DNA of 64,000 bases from Candidatus Krumholzibacteriota bacterium. Its GTDB lineage: Bacteria > Krumholzibacteriota > Krumholzibacteriia > JAJRXK01. The translations under genes and the position numbers were made by a program. A model generated the notes under the pieces. That model was not told where the DNA came from, did no database searches, and saw only the letters and a list, made by a program, of their open reading frames with translations. Position 1 is the stretch's first letter, and the number at the start of each line of letters is the position of its first letter. The stretch is taken from contig CAVXTH010000009.1 in assembly GCA_963764625.1 (NCBI GenBank), forward strand, positions 1,062,292 to 1,126,291. The letters run 5' to 3'. Of the stretch, positions 48,307-58,811 are shown piece after piece.

Positions 48307-48882
48307 ATGAAAAGCTTGCGCTTGGTTGGTTTGATGCTGCTGATCAGCTGCCTGGCCACGCCGGCCGTCGCAGCCAAACTGGGTATATTCTTCGACACTA
48401 ACGCCACCGTGGACAACATGGTATTCCAACCTGGGACCCCCTTCGAAATCCATGTGATCATGTACGACATGAATGACTCCGCGCTAGGTGTGGAGTTCAA
48501 AGTGGATCTGCCCCCCGAGCTCGTCGTCCTGCAACAGACTTGGCACGACGGCACTCTCGTGTTCTCCTACTACAACCAGGCCGGGGGCGCCACGGTGGGC
48601 GTTCAGGTCGGAATGGGAGAATGCACTTTCATGACCGACGGCTGGAACCCGACCTACGAGGTTCTGACCATGCTGGTCTATTGCCCAACCACCATGCCCG
48701 CCTCGACGATTTCGCTGACCGGGTTCCCTGGTGACACCGGTGACACGATGCCGCGCTACGCGCAGTGCCCGAGCATTGCTCCTCCCCTGATCCAGATGAC
48801 TCCCACGGACGGTACCGTCAGAGTCTCCGTCCCCGCCGAGACTTCGACCTGGGGTTCGGTCAAAGCTCAGTTTGGAGAATGA
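48307..48882 (+). CDS. Secreted beta-rich (cohesin/Ig-like) protein with C-terminal TWGSVKAQF tail
   Basis: RBS AAGGAG then ATG 48307. Signal peptide MKSLRLVGLMLLISCLATPAVA. Confidence 0.8.
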   Translation: MKSLRLVGLMLLISCLATPAVAAKLGIFFDTNATVDNMVFQPGTPFEIHVIMYDMNDSALGVEFKVDLPPELVVLQQTWHDGTLVFSYYNQAGGATVGVQVGMGECTFMTDGWNPTYEVLTMLVYCPTTMPASTISLTGFPGDTGDTMPRYAQCPSIAPPLIQMTPTDGTVRVSVPAETSTWGSVKAQFGE

Positions 48883-49010
48883 CGCCGAGAGCTTCTCGCA
48901 TCCTATCGGATTCGATTGCCGTACGGGGAAGGGTCCGGGCCATGCCGCTCGGACCCTTCGTCGTTGTAGGAAGCGCAGATCCAATGCTAGCTTGCCGGCA
49001 GGAGGATATC

Positions 49011-49634
49011 ATGCGAACTGAAGTAATCCCCGAGCAGTTTCCGCAACGCGTCCTGCTCGAGGAGAGCGCCCGTTTGGCCGCGGCCAATTTGGAAATGTCC
49101 TCCCGTCTTTCGGTCCTGAGGTTGGTGTTGGACGCCCCTGAGTTCGAGTTGGGCGGATATTGGCAGGTCGAGAGCGAACGCGACGGACTCCATGCGATCA
49201 TCTACGCCTCGATCCTCGACCTTCTCACCCCGCGCAGCGCCACCGAGAGCCGCGTGCGCGACCTCGATGAGGAGCTTCTCCAGGAGCTCGGAGTCGAGCG
49301 TATCGACCGGCTCCGCATCGATCGTTGGCTTCACCGCAATCTGCTCCAACTGGATGATCTTCTGTGCAAGCGTATTCAACCCTCGACCCTTTCCCGGGCC
49401 GACGCGGCCGCGTTCCAGGCGTGTTGGGAGGTTTGGACCGACGGACGGTTGAAAGCGCTCTCCTTGCCTGGGATCTCCCTGGCCGAACGGCGCAGAGTGT
49501 TCTTCCGTACCTTTGCCGGCAGAGGCTTGCTGCTTCCCCGTCACTGGAAAGTGTTTCACGGCCTGTGGGACGGTGACTTCCAGGACCATCGCGGCTTGAT
49601 CGAGGCGAGCCGCAGACTCCCTCGTCTCAGCTGA
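49011..49634 (+). CDS. Hypothetical protein (possible inactive zincin-like fold)
   Basis: RBS AGGAGG then ATG 49011. Globular composition with a WEVWTDGRL motif. Confidence 0.65.
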   Translation: MRTEVIPEQFPQRVLLEESARLAAANLEMSSRLSVLRLVLDAPEFELGGYWQVESERDGLHAIIYASILDLLTPRSATESRVRDLDEELLQELGVERIDRLRIDRWLHRNLLQLDDLLCKRIQPSTLSRADAAAFQACWEVWTDGRLKALSLPGISLAERRRVFFRTFAGRGLLLPRHWKVFHGLWDGDFQDHRGLIEASRRLPRLS

Positions 49635-49810
49635 GCGCGGCGCGCCTTTCGCTCAACCCCAGATCACCCGCATGCGAGGGTGACCGATCCCCGGGTGTAC
49701 GGAACTCTCGAACTGGGTTACGGTGATGTGGTGGTGGACGCGGCCGAGGAGGCGCGCGACAGCTACCGCGGCAGCTTGGTCCGGATCGCTTCTGTCAGGG
49801 GGGATGGATC

Positions 49811-50323
49811 ATGTACTCGTTTCCTCATCGCGTTCGTCGAGTTCTGCCCGCGTGGGGCGTGGTGATTCTTCTCCTCTCGGCGCCGATCGGCTCGAGGGCT
49901 CCCGCCCGCGCCCAAGACGACTCTCGCCTACTGGCCCAGGACGCCTTGGGAGAAGTGAACTGGCTCTGGGTCGTGCCCAGGATCGAGCTCCACCCGCAGG
50001 AGGAGTGGATCCTCAGCGCATACTACAGCCACCTGGGCAGTTGCGAGCTCGACATGGCCCTGCTCGATCGCAAGGGGAACTCGATCGCGCGCGCGCGGCT
50101 GAAGCTTGTGGCGGGCCAGCCCAACGACTATCGTCTCCGCGAATTCGAGGGCATCGCGACCGGAGTTCCTCTGACTCTCGTCATTTCGGGCCTGCGGGCG
50201 AGGCCGGAGGCGGTCGCGTTCACGCTCACCGCCAGCCCGGCGGGTGGCTGCGAGCGGGAATTGCGCGGATCGTGGCTGCAGGGCGATATTGAGTGGGTCC
50301 CGGGCCTCAAAGGAAAGCCCTAG
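49811..50323 (+). CDS. Hypothetical exported protein
   Basis: Basic N-region, hydrophobic stretch and ARA-QD cleavage-like site. Beta-rich mature part. Fills the gap between neighbours. Confidence 0.55.
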   Translation: MYSFPHRVRRVLPAWGVVILLLSAPIGSRAPARAQDDSRLLAQDALGEVNWLWVVPRIELHPQEEWILSAYYSHLGSCELDMALLDRKGNSIARARLKLVAGQPNDYRLREFEGIATGVPLTLVISGLRARPEAVAFTLTASPAGGCERELRGSWLQGDIEWVPGLKGKP

Positions 50324-50329
50324 CAGCGG

Positions 50330-50359
50330 TTGACAGCCCGAGGGGGCGGACCGTATCGT
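50330..50359 (+). promoter_or_regulatory. sigma70 promoter for the lipoprotein-ychF unit
   Basis: TTGACA-18 nt-TATCGT. Confidence 0.6.
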
Positions 50360-50452
50360 ACCCGGGTTGTTCGGGCAGCCACTCTTGCCGCGCCTGCCGG
50401 AATTTATGCCAAGCCTTCAAGGCAGTTTGCTCAAAGTACGGAGGAAGACTCG

Positions 50453-51313
50453 ATGAGTTCGACACACCGTTTAGGTTGGCACCGCTTCAGCGTTGGGATC
50501 TTGCTCATCGCCGTGGCCGCTCTGCTGACCCTGGCCAACGGTTGTAGCAAGAAGAAAGAGGTCGATCCCTACGTCTACGGGAGTCTCCGTGAGGTGACCC
50601 GGGGGAAGGTGGAGAGCATCGGCTTTCTCTTCGAAATCGACTGCCCTGAGTTCGTCTACATCGACGGAAACACCGCGATCGTTCGCGATCCCAGCGATCC
50701 CAACCTGCTCGAGCTCCTGGTCGCCAACGACCTCGAGAATCGCGCTCCGAGTTGGCAAGGCAAGATCCTCGGGGTTCAGAAGTTCTTCACTCCGTCCGTC
50801 TACCTCATGGTGCGTAGAGTGAAGGATGGAATGACCACCACCGATGTGGACTCCTGTACCGAATTCGTCCTTCCCAGCTTCACCGATCCGAAACTGGAGG
50901 AGATCTCGGGCTTCGATCTGAGCAAGATGCCGTACAATTTGAGTCGAAGCCACGAGAAGGATCTCGATGATCGAATCGGAAGCGCGTTCCAGACGGCAGG
51001 GCACGTAGAGCTCCGCCCCGATTACGAGTGGAAGGCCCCGGAGGGCGAAGTCAAAGAGGGTGAAGAGGCTCCGCAGGCTCCCATGGTCTGGTACCTCATC
51101 TCGGCGGACGACGACAAGGCCGTATTCAAGATCAAGAACGTCACCAAGAGTCTCGACTTCGCACTGAAACTTTTGACGGCGCAGAATCTGCCTTTCGTGG
51201 GAGGCGTGAAAGTCGACGACATCAATCCCTACCGGGAGCGGCGTCGGCTGGAAGTCACCGGTAACCTGGACATCGAATTCGTGACCTACGCCAATCGCTA
51301 TTTGGCGCCCTGA
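50453..51313 (+). CDS. Hypothetical lipoprotein
   Basis: RBS GGAGG then ATG 50453. Hydrophobic core and lipobox LANG-C followed by SKKK. Confidence 0.8.
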   Translation: MSSTHRLGWHRFSVGILLIAVAALLTLANGCSKKKEVDPYVYGSLREVTRGKVESIGFLFEIDCPEFVYIDGNTAIVRDPSDPNLLELLVANDLENRAPSWQGKILGVQKFFTPSVYLMVRRVKDGMTTTDVDSCTEFVLPSFTDPKLEEISGFDLSKMPYNLSRSHEKDLDDRIGSAFQTAGHVELRPDYEWKAPEGEVKEGEEAPQAPMVWYLISADDDKAVFKIKNVTKSLDFALKLLTAQNLPFVGGVKVDDINPYRERRRLEVTGNLDIEFVTYANRYLAP

Positions 51314-51403
51314 GGAGTTGCGCTAGGTATTTCGGCCCACTTCGCGCTCGACGTGGAGTGGGCTTTTTCGTGCGTATCGAGCTGGATCTCGAGGAGGAAT
51401 CGC

Positions 51404-52444
51404 GTGAGATTCGGAATCGTCGGCGCGCCGCAGAGCGGTAAGTCCTCGCTCTTTCTTCTTCTGATGGCGGGGGAGTCGGCTCGGCGCGGCCGACAGGACA
51501 ACGAAGCGGTGGTGTCGATTCCAGATGAGCGGCTCGAATGGTTGGCCCAGCTCCATCAGCCCAAGAAGGTGACCTACGCCACCCTGGAATTCGTGGATCT
51601 CGGAGCTGATCCCCGCCATGCCGGAGAAGACCTGTCTCATCTTCTGAGCATCCAGGATCTGCGCGTGTGCGAGGGAATCGCGCTGGTGCTCGATCACTTT
51701 TCCAGCGCGGAGGCGACGGTGGACTCTCTGGGAGAGTTCGAACTCGCGGCGGCGGTCTGCGATCTCCAGCTGGTCGAAAATCGTCTGGAGCGTCTTGCCG
51801 CCGATCGCAAGCGGGGCAACAAGGACGCCGAGAAGGAAATGGCTCTCATGGAGCGACTCAAGGAGCACCTCGAAGGCGAGCAGCCCTTGCGCGTGATGGA
51901 GCTGAACGCAACCGAGCGCGCGCTCATGAAGGGCTATCAGTTTCTTTCGCTCAAGCCGGTGCTCGTCGTGGCGAACGTGCGGGAGGAGAACGCCGGCCAA
52001 ACCAGTCCGCCGAATTTGCACAGAGCCTGCGAACAAGCGGGTCACCAGCTGTGCTCGCTCTCGGCCGCGCTGGAAGCCGAGATCGCGTCACTGCCCGAAG
52101 CGGAGCGCCGCGAGTTCATGGAGGAACTGGGCATCGAGCGTCCCGCGATCGAGAGGTTCCTTCAGTCCGCGTACCGGAGTCTGGGCCTCATCTCCTTCCT
52201 CACCGCCGGCAAGGACGAGTGTCGCGCGTGGAGCCTCACCGCGGGCTCGACCGCGCCGCAGGCCGCGGGAAAGATCCACAGCGACCTCGAGCGGGGATTC
52301 ATCCGAGCGGAAGTGGTGGCATTCGAAGATCTGAAGACGCACGGCAGCGAGAAAGCAGCCAAGGCAGCCGGAGTCTACCGTCTCGAGGGGAAGGACTATC
52401 TGGTGAACGACGGCGACGTGATGGAGATTCGCTTCTCGGTGTGA
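51404..52444 (+). CDS. ychF: YchF/Ola1-family ATPase (divergent G-domain, TGS/DUF933 C-terminus)
   Basis: RBS GAGGAGG then GTG. GAPQSGKS, PDERL, AAGKIHSDLERGFIRAEV, LEGKDYLVNDGD. Confidence 0.9.
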   Translation: MRFGIVGAPQSGKSSLFLLLMAGESARRGRQDNEAVVSIPDERLEWLAQLHQPKKVTYATLEFVDLGADPRHAGEDLSHLLSIQDLRVCEGIALVLDHFSSAEATVDSLGEFELAAAVCDLQLVENRLERLAADRKRGNKDAEKEMALMERLKEHLEGEQPLRVMELNATERALMKGYQFLSLKPVLVVANVREENAGQTSPPNLHRACEQAGHQLCSLSAALEAEIASLPEAERREFMEELGIERPAIERFLQSAYRSLGLISFLTAGKDECRAWSLTAGSTAPQAAGKIHSDLERGFIRAEVVAFEDLKTHGSEKAAKAAGVYRLEGKDYLVNDGDVMEIRFSV

Positions 52445-52526
52445 GCGGGAGCGGCCCGACTCCGCGGATCCCCCTCGAGCACTTGATCCACCGCGCCACC
52501 CCCACTGGTCATCACAGTGATCGGCC

Positions 52527-53876
52527 TCACGTAGTGTCTCCCGGAGTGGGATGAGCGAGCCGCCAGGCCTCGCGCAGCCGCTTGGCCGCCTCGGCCTCGA
52601 AGCCTCGCTCAGTGGGGCGGTAGAATACTCTTCCCTCCAGGGAGGCGGGAAGACAGTCCATCGCGGCCACGCCCTCGCTCTCGTCATGGGCGTAGCGGTA
52701 GTTGGCGCCGTAGCCGAGTTCGCCCATGAGTTTGGTGGGAGCGTTGCGCAGATGCAGCGGCACCGGCCCCGAGGCTCCCTCCCGAAGCGCTTGTTTCACC
52801 GCCCCGTAGGCCCGATAGAGCGCGTTGCTCTTGGGCGCCTGCGCCAGGTAGACGGCGGTCTGCGCCAGGGCCAGAGCTCCCTCGGGCATTCCGATCTGGT
52901 GCACAGCCGTAAAGGCGGTGGTCGCTTGCACCAAGGCCTGCGGATCGGCCAGTCCCACGTCCTCGCTCGCGAAGCGAACCAGACGGCGGGCCACGTAGAG
53001 TGGGTCCTCACCGGATTCGAGCATGCGCGTGAGCCAGTAGATTCCGGCCTGCGCATCCGAATTGCGCAGCGACTTGTGCAGAGCGCTGATGAGGTTGAAA
53101 TGTTCCTCGCCCTGCTTGTCGTAGATCAGGTGCGCCTCAGCCAGGACTTTCTCCGCCAGCGTAGTGTCGATGCGTCGACGCCTTGCCTTCTTGGTGGAGG
53201 AGACGGCCAGCTCCAAGCTTCCCAGGGCGAAGCGGGCATCGCCGCCACAGCGCTCGGCGAAAATCCGCAATGCCTCCACCTCCGCTTCCACCGACTCTAA
53301 CTTCAGTCCCCGCTCCTCGTCCTGAAGCGCCCGGTGCAACAGTTCGAGGATGGCGTCCGGGGTGAGAGGTTCCAGGACCACGACCCGGCAGCGTGAGAGG
53401 AGGGCTGCATTCACTTCGAAGGAGGGATTTTCGGTGGTGGCGCCGACCAGGATCACGTCGCCCGCCTCGACGAAATGCAACAGGGCGTCCTGTTGGGCCT
53501 TGTTGAAGCGATGGATCTCGTCCAGGAAGAGCATGGGAGCTTTGCCCCCCATGCGATGCAGCTTCTGCGCCTGGGTCATGACGGCCTTGAGTTCCTTGAC
53601 GCCGACGCTCACCGCCGAATAGCCCAGGAACTGCACCTCGACCGCTTCGGCCAGACAGCGGGCGAGCGAGGTCTTTCCGCAGCCGGGAGGACCCCAGAGC
53701 ACCAGACTCGGAAGCTCGTGCTGCGCAATCGCGGCTCGTAGAATGGTGCCTTCGCCCAGCGCGCGTTCTTGGCCCACGATCTCCGCGAGTTTTCTGGGAC
53801 GCATGCGTTCCGCCAGAGGCGCGCGCGAGCTCTTGTCCGAAGGGGGGGGAGTCGAGGATTCGAAGAGATCATTCAT
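52527..53876 (-). CDS. rarA: Replication-associated recombination protein A (MgsA/RarA)
   Basis: PLAERMRP, WGPPGCGKT, DEIHRFNKAQQD, ATTENPSFE, SALHKS, SEDVGLADP, VPLHLRNAPT. Confidence 0.97.
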   Translation of the reverse strand: MNDLFESSTPPPSDKSSRAPLAERMRPRKLAEIVGQERALGEGTILRAAIAQHELPSLVLWGPPGCGKTSLARCLAEAVEVQFLGYSAVSVGVKELKAVMTQAQKLHRMGGKAPMLFLDEIHRFNKAQQDALLHFVEAGDVILVGATTENPSFEVNAALLSRCRVVVLEPLTPDAILELLHRALQDEERGLKLESVEAEVEALRIFAERCGGDARFALGSLELAVSSTKKARRRRIDTTLAEKVLAEAHLIYDKQGEEHFNLISALHKSLRNSDAQAGIYWLTRMLESGEDPLYVARRLVRFASEDVGLADPQALVQATTAFTAVHQIGMPEGALALAQTAVYLAQAPKSNALYRAYGAVKQALREGASGPVPLHLRNAPTKLMGELGYGANYRYAHDESEGVAAMDCLPASLEGRVFYRPTERGFEAEAAKRLREAWRLAHPTPGDTT

Positions 53877-53957
53877 GGGCGAGAGTCTGCCACATTCCTG
53901 GCCGCGTTGACAGTCTTGGCGCGAGAGGCTACCGTTGCGCTGCACAAAGGGGGATCC

Positions 53958-54368
53958 ATGCTCGACCAGGCCCAGATCCAGCTTCTCGGTGACGCCGCGC
54001 TCGAGGCTCTGAAGCACGCCCACGTACCGTATTCGGGGTTTGCGGTAGGGGCCGCGCTCCTGGACTCTCAAGGGAAGGTCCACTGCGGATGCAATGTCGA
54101 AAACGCCTCCCTGGGACTCTCGGTCTGCGCCGAGAGAACGGCCATCTTCAAGGCGGTCAGCGAGGGTGCTCGCTCGTTCCTCGGGATCGCGATCGCTACT
54201 CTCGCTCGCGAGCTGACGCCTCCCTGCGGTGCGTGCCGCCAAGTCCTGCGCGAATTCGCCTCCGATCTTCCGGTGGTGCTCGTGAATGACAAGGGGGACA
54301 CCGCAAAGTATCAACTCTCGGAATTGATGCCGTTTGCCTTCACCGATTTTCGTGAGAAGGAGAAGTGA
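53958..54368 (+). CDS. cdd: Cytidine deaminase
   Basis: [32 protein letters not shown]. Confidence 0.96.
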   Translation: MLDQAQIQLLGDAALEALKHAHVPYSGFAVGAALLDSQGKVHCGCNVENASLGLSVCAERTAIFKAVSEGARSFLGIAIATLARELTPPCGACRQVLREFASDLPVVLVNDKGDTAKYQLSELMPFAFTDFREKEK

Positions 54369-55240
54369 TGGACTCCGCCTCCCGCGCCACCCTCGTCGAA
54401 CGCATCACCGATCGAGTTCTCCTCCGTCTCACCCAGGGAGATCCCTCAGGTCTTGGCGCCACCGCGAACTCCTGCGGCTGCGGCCTGACCTCACCCACCG
54501 ATGCCCACCTGCGGGCCATGGTCGATCAGGGAGCGTGTCGACTCTCCTGCGATCTGAAGGCGCGGAGTTTGCCACCGGATCTGGCCGGGGCCATTGATCA
54601 TACTCTGCTCAAGCCGCAGGCGAGCGAAGGTGAGATTCGCACCCTGTGTGAAGAGGCGAGGGCCAACCACTTCGCCTCGGTCTGCGTGAATCCCTATTGG
54701 GTAGGGCTCTGTGCTTCCCTACTCGCCGGCGCGGGCGTCGAAGTCTGTTCGGTCATCGGTTTTCCTCTGGGCGCCACGACCTCCACCGCGAAGGCCTTCG
54801 AAGCCGGTGAGGCGGTGCGCCGCGGCGCCACGGAAGTGGACATGGTGTTGAACGTGGGAGCCCTGAAGGACAAGAACTACGAGGCGGTTCACGAGGACAT
54901 CCGTTCGGTGGTGCAGAGCGTAGAGGGTGGCGCTTGTGTCAAGGTCATCCTGGAGACCGCGTTGCTCTCGGACGACGAGAAGATCGCCGCCTGCGCACTG
55001 GCCAAGGAGGCGGGTGCGCACTACGTAAAGACTTCGACCGGATTCGGCGGGGGTGGAGCCACCGTGGCGGACGTCGCGCTCATGCGGAGCGTGGTGGGTA
55101 GCGAGATCGGAGTGAAGGCGAGCGGCGGAATCCGGGACCGCGAGACCGCCGAGGCGATGATCAAAGCGGGTGCGAATCGGCTGGGGGCGAGTGCCGGGGT
55201 CAAGATTCTCTCGGGGGGAAGTGGGAGTGCCGGCTATTGA
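54368..55240 (+). CDS. deoC: Deoxyribose-phosphate aldolase with a ~70-aa N-terminal extension
   Basis: [48 protein letters not shown]. Confidence 0.96.
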   Translation: MDSASRATLVERITDRVLLRLTQGDPSGLGATANSCGCGLTSPTDAHLRAMVDQGACRLSCDLKARSLPPDLAGAIDHTLLKPQASEGEIRTLCEEARANHFASVCVNPYWVGLCASLLAGAGVEVCSVIGFPLGATTSTAKAFEAGEAVRRGATEVDMVLNVGALKDKNYEAVHEDIRSVVQSVEGGACVKVILETALLSDDEKIAACALAKEAGAHYVKTSTGFGGGGATVADVALMRSVVGSEIGVKASGGIRDRETAEAMIKAGANRLGASAGVKILSGGSGSAGY

Positions 55241-56541
55241 AGACTCCGTACGAACTCATCTCCTGGAAGAAACAGGGTAAGGAGCATTCGCCCCAACAAA
55301 TCGCGCAGCTCGTGGATGCGATCACCGATCGCAGCATTCCCGAGTATCAGTTGGCGGCCTGGCTGATGGCGGTCTGGTTTCGTGGCATGTCGGTGGAGGA
55401 GACCTATCAACTCACGGAGTGCATGAGCTCGAGTGGAATTCGTCTCGATCTCTCCGCGCTGCCCGGACCCACCGCGGACAAACATTCCACCGGCGGAGTG
55501 GGGGACAAGGTCTCCCTGCTTCTGGCTCCTTTGGCGGCGGAACTGGGGCTCTACGTTCCGATGCTCTCGGGCCGTGGATTGGGTCACACCGGGGGAACCC
55601 TCGACAAGCTGCAGGCCATCCCCGGCTATCGGATCGACTTGTCTCCGCAAGAGTTTCTGCGAATCGTGGGGGAAGTCGGCTGCTCGATCACCGGACAGAC
55701 CAAGGACATCGCACCGGCCGATCGTCGTCTCTACCATCTGCGTGACGTCACCGCGACCGTCGACTGCGTGCCTCTCATCGTCTCGTCCATTCTCTCCAAG
55801 AAGATCGCGGCTGGCCCAAAACATCTCGTGATCGACTTGAAGTGTGGCAGCGGCGCGTTCATGCGCGACCTCAAGAGCGCCCGTACCCTGGCCAAGTCTC
55901 TCATCGAAACGGCGAGCCGAGCCGGCCGGAGCATCTGTGCTCTCATCAGCGACATGGGACAGCCTTTGGGATCCAGCGTCGGCCACGCACTGGAAGCCGA
56001 GGAGGCGCTCGAAGGACTCATGGGAAAGGGTCCCGCCGAACTCCGAACCCTCACCATCGAGCTGACCGCCGCGATGGGCAAGTTAGCGGGCGTGGGACCG
56101 ATCGAGGAGCTGAGACAGCGCTGCGCGCAGCATCTGGACGACGGCACGGCTCTGCAGCGATTCCTGAGGATGGTGCATGCGCACGGCGGCGCGATGGACG
56201 AGAACGACCCCTCGGCCTGTCTCTCGATCGCGCCCGAATTCCCCCCTCTGCTCGCTCCGAAAAGCGGATGGGTCCAGCCGATGGACGCGGAGCAGGTCGG
56301 ACTCTCGCTGGTCGAACTGGGGGGCGCGCGCCGTCGCAGCGACGACGAGCTCGATCTCGGCGTGGGTTTGAAAGTGGGGGTGCGCGTGGGGGACAAAGTG
56401 GACGAGGGACAGCCCCTGGCACGTATCTTCGCTCGGGACGAGAGCGCGGCCGAAGCCTGCCGCCAGAGGTTGAAGGACGCCATGCCGGTCGGCGACGAAG
56501 AGTGCTCCCCGCATCCTCTGATTTTCGAGAGAGTGGACTGA
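55237..56541 (+). CDS. pdp: Pyrimidine-nucleoside/thymidine phosphorylase
   Basis: [47 protein letters not shown]. Confidence 0.96.
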   Translation: MKTPYELISWKKQGKEHSPQQIAQLVDAITDRSIPEYQLAAWLMAVWFRGMSVEETYQLTECMSSSGIRLDLSALPGPTADKHSTGGVGDKVSLLLAPLAAELGLYVPMLSGRGLGHTGGTLDKLQAIPGYRIDLSPQEFLRIVGEVGCSITGQTKDIAPADRRLYHLRDVTATVDCVPLIVSSILSKKIAAGPKHLVIDLKCGSGAFMRDLKSARTLAKSLIETASRAGRSICALISDMGQPLGSSVGHALEAEEALEGLMGKGPAELRTLTIELTAAMGKLAGVGPIEELRQRCAQHLDDGTALQRFLRMVHAHGGAMDENDPSACLSIAPEFPPLLAPKSGWVQPMDAEQVGLSLVELGGARRRSDDELDLGVGLKVGVRVGDKVDEGQPLARIFARDESAAEACRQRLKDAMPVGDEECSPHPLIFERVD

Positions 56542-56544
56542 GGC

Positions 56545-58735
56545 TCAGCCGCCTCCGCCGTCGCCGGTCTTCGGGGTGAACTCGTCTCCCCGTTGCGACT
56601 GACGGTCGAGGCTCTCGAAGTCGCCGCTCTGCTGCGGCATGTCCGTGCTCTGTGGCTGGTGCAGCTCGCAGAGCCGGGTGGGGGCCATGCCCTCCACGAA
56701 GATTTCCTCGTGCACATTCGGACAGTTTTCGGTGGCGAGTTGCCCGCTCTGCGAGCAGACGAGTCGCGAGACGATGCCGGCCGGTTTCATGAAATGCGGC
56801 TCGGGGGTTCCTTGGTAATAGGCGGTCATGGTGCGTGCCCAAATGGGAAGCGCCATGACGGCGCCGGTTCGCTTGCGGCCCATGCTGATCTTGTCGTCGA
56901 AACCGACCCAAACTCCGCACACCATTTCGGGGGTGAAGCCGATGAACCAGGCATCGGTGTTGCGGTCGGTGGTGCCCGTCTTTCCGGCCGAATCGCGCGT
57001 CCAGCCGTAGGCAGTGGCGGATCGTCCGGTGCCCTCCTTGATCGCGGATCGCATCATGTCGACCATGAGGTAGTTGATTCGCTCGTCGAGCACTTCCTCC
57101 TGGTACACTTTGCTCTCTTCGAGAGTTTCCCCCCGGCTGTTGGTGATGCGCTCGATCATGATCGGCCTGGTTCGAATGCCCCCGTTGGCGAAGGTGGAAT
57201 ACGCTCCGACCAATTCCAGGAGGTTCGCTTCTCCCGAGCCCAGGGCAATGGAATAGACGTCGGGGATCTCGCTCGTGATGCCCATGCGGTGGGCCGTTTC
57301 CAGAACCGGCTGGGGACCGATCTTCAGGATGAGACGGACCGCCGGGATGTTGATGGAGTTCGCGAGCGCGTAGCGCACGGTCACCGGACCACGGAAGGTC
57401 TCGTCGAAATTCACAGGACGCCACAGCTCTTCGCTTCCAGTGTCGACCTCGACCGGCGCGTCGAGCAAAATGTCGGCCGGCGTCCAACCCCGCTCCAACG
57501 CGGTGGTGTAGAGGAACGGCTTGAAAATGGATCCGGGCTGCCTCTGCGCTTGCATGGCTCGATTCCATCGGCTTGCTTCGAAGTCGCGACCGCCCACCAT
57601 GGCGCGGACCTCGCCGGTGCGCGCGTCCATCGCGACCAGCGCTCCCTGCAGATAGGTGGTCTTGGGTTTCTCGGAGATCTCGGCGTTGAGGCTGTCATAG
57701 AGCGTGCGACTCATCGGGTAGTGGCTCTCGGTCTCGCGCCGATGCAGCTCTTCCTCGAGGCAGGTCTCGGCCAGGCGTTGGAAGCGAGGATCCAGGGTGG
57801 TATAGACCCTGAGACCTTCCTCGTACAGTTGCTCGGTGCCGTAGTTCTGCTCGAGGTACTGCCGGACCGTTTCGAGGAAATACGGAGCGATGATTTCGCG
57901 CTGGGTGGGAGGTACGATGACGACTTTCTCCTGCCCGATCTTCTCCGCTTCCTCGGCGCTCAGGTACCCCGCGCGAACCATGCTCTTGAGCACGAGGGCG
58001 CGTCGCTGGTAGGCGCGATCGAGGTGGTGAACCGGCGAGTAGAAGCCGGGGTTGGCCAGGATGCCGGCGAGCATCGTGTACTCCGGTGGCTTCAGGTCGG
58101 CTACCCCTTTGCCAAAGAAGGTCCTCGCCCCCGATTCCACTCCGTAGGCACCGCCGTGCCCGAAGTAGATGGTGTTGAGGTACATCTCCAGGATCTCATC
58201 CTTGGTGTAGGTGCGCTCGATCCGCAGGGCAAGAAGCAGCTCCCGCAACTTCCGCTCCCAGCGTTTGTCCGGCGAGAGAAAGAGACTTCTCGCCAACTGC
58301 TGGGTCAGGGTAGACGCGCCTTGCGCCGCGCTGCCCGGTGCGGACGTCGACGAAGATGGCTCGCAGAATTCCCCCGAGATCGACGCCGTAGTGTTGGTAG
58401 AATCGCCGGTCCTCGGTGGCGATGACCGCGTGGATGAGTCCCTCGGGGACTTGTTCCAGCGGTAGGTTGACCCGGTTCTGCGTGAAGTACTCGTGGAGCG
58501 TGTCTCCGTTGGCCGCGAAGATGAGGGTCTTGCTCGGTGGTCGGATGGTCTGGAGACGAGCCGGGGAGGGCAGGTCGCGCGAGAGGACGCGCAGTACCAC
58601 GAAACCGGCACCCACGCCCAGGCAGAGCACGACGAGCGCGCCCAGAGAGATCCCGCGGACCACCCGCTTGGAAATGCGCCGCTGGAAGAATCTCCTCTGG
58701 GTACGCGTCGAGTTGTTGTCCTGGTCTGCTTCCAT
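56545..58735 (-). CDS. Class A penicillin-binding protein (PBP1A family), split by a frameshift near 58335
   Basis: TM and EDRRFYQHYGVD in one frame. QGASTLTQQ, RKLRE, YLNTIYFG, SxxK (GSIFK), SIN, KTGT in another. Removing one G restores the frame. Confidence 0.92.
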
Positions 58736-58811
58736 TCCCTGCTCTTGTGGGCTGAGGTCCCTCGCGGCACCCTACGATCAAAGCGCCCCGGGGGCAAGGC
58801 CGGCGGCCTCC

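Noticed and set aside
56593-58425. 610-aa + strand ORF
   Set aside because: Antisense shadow of PBP1A.
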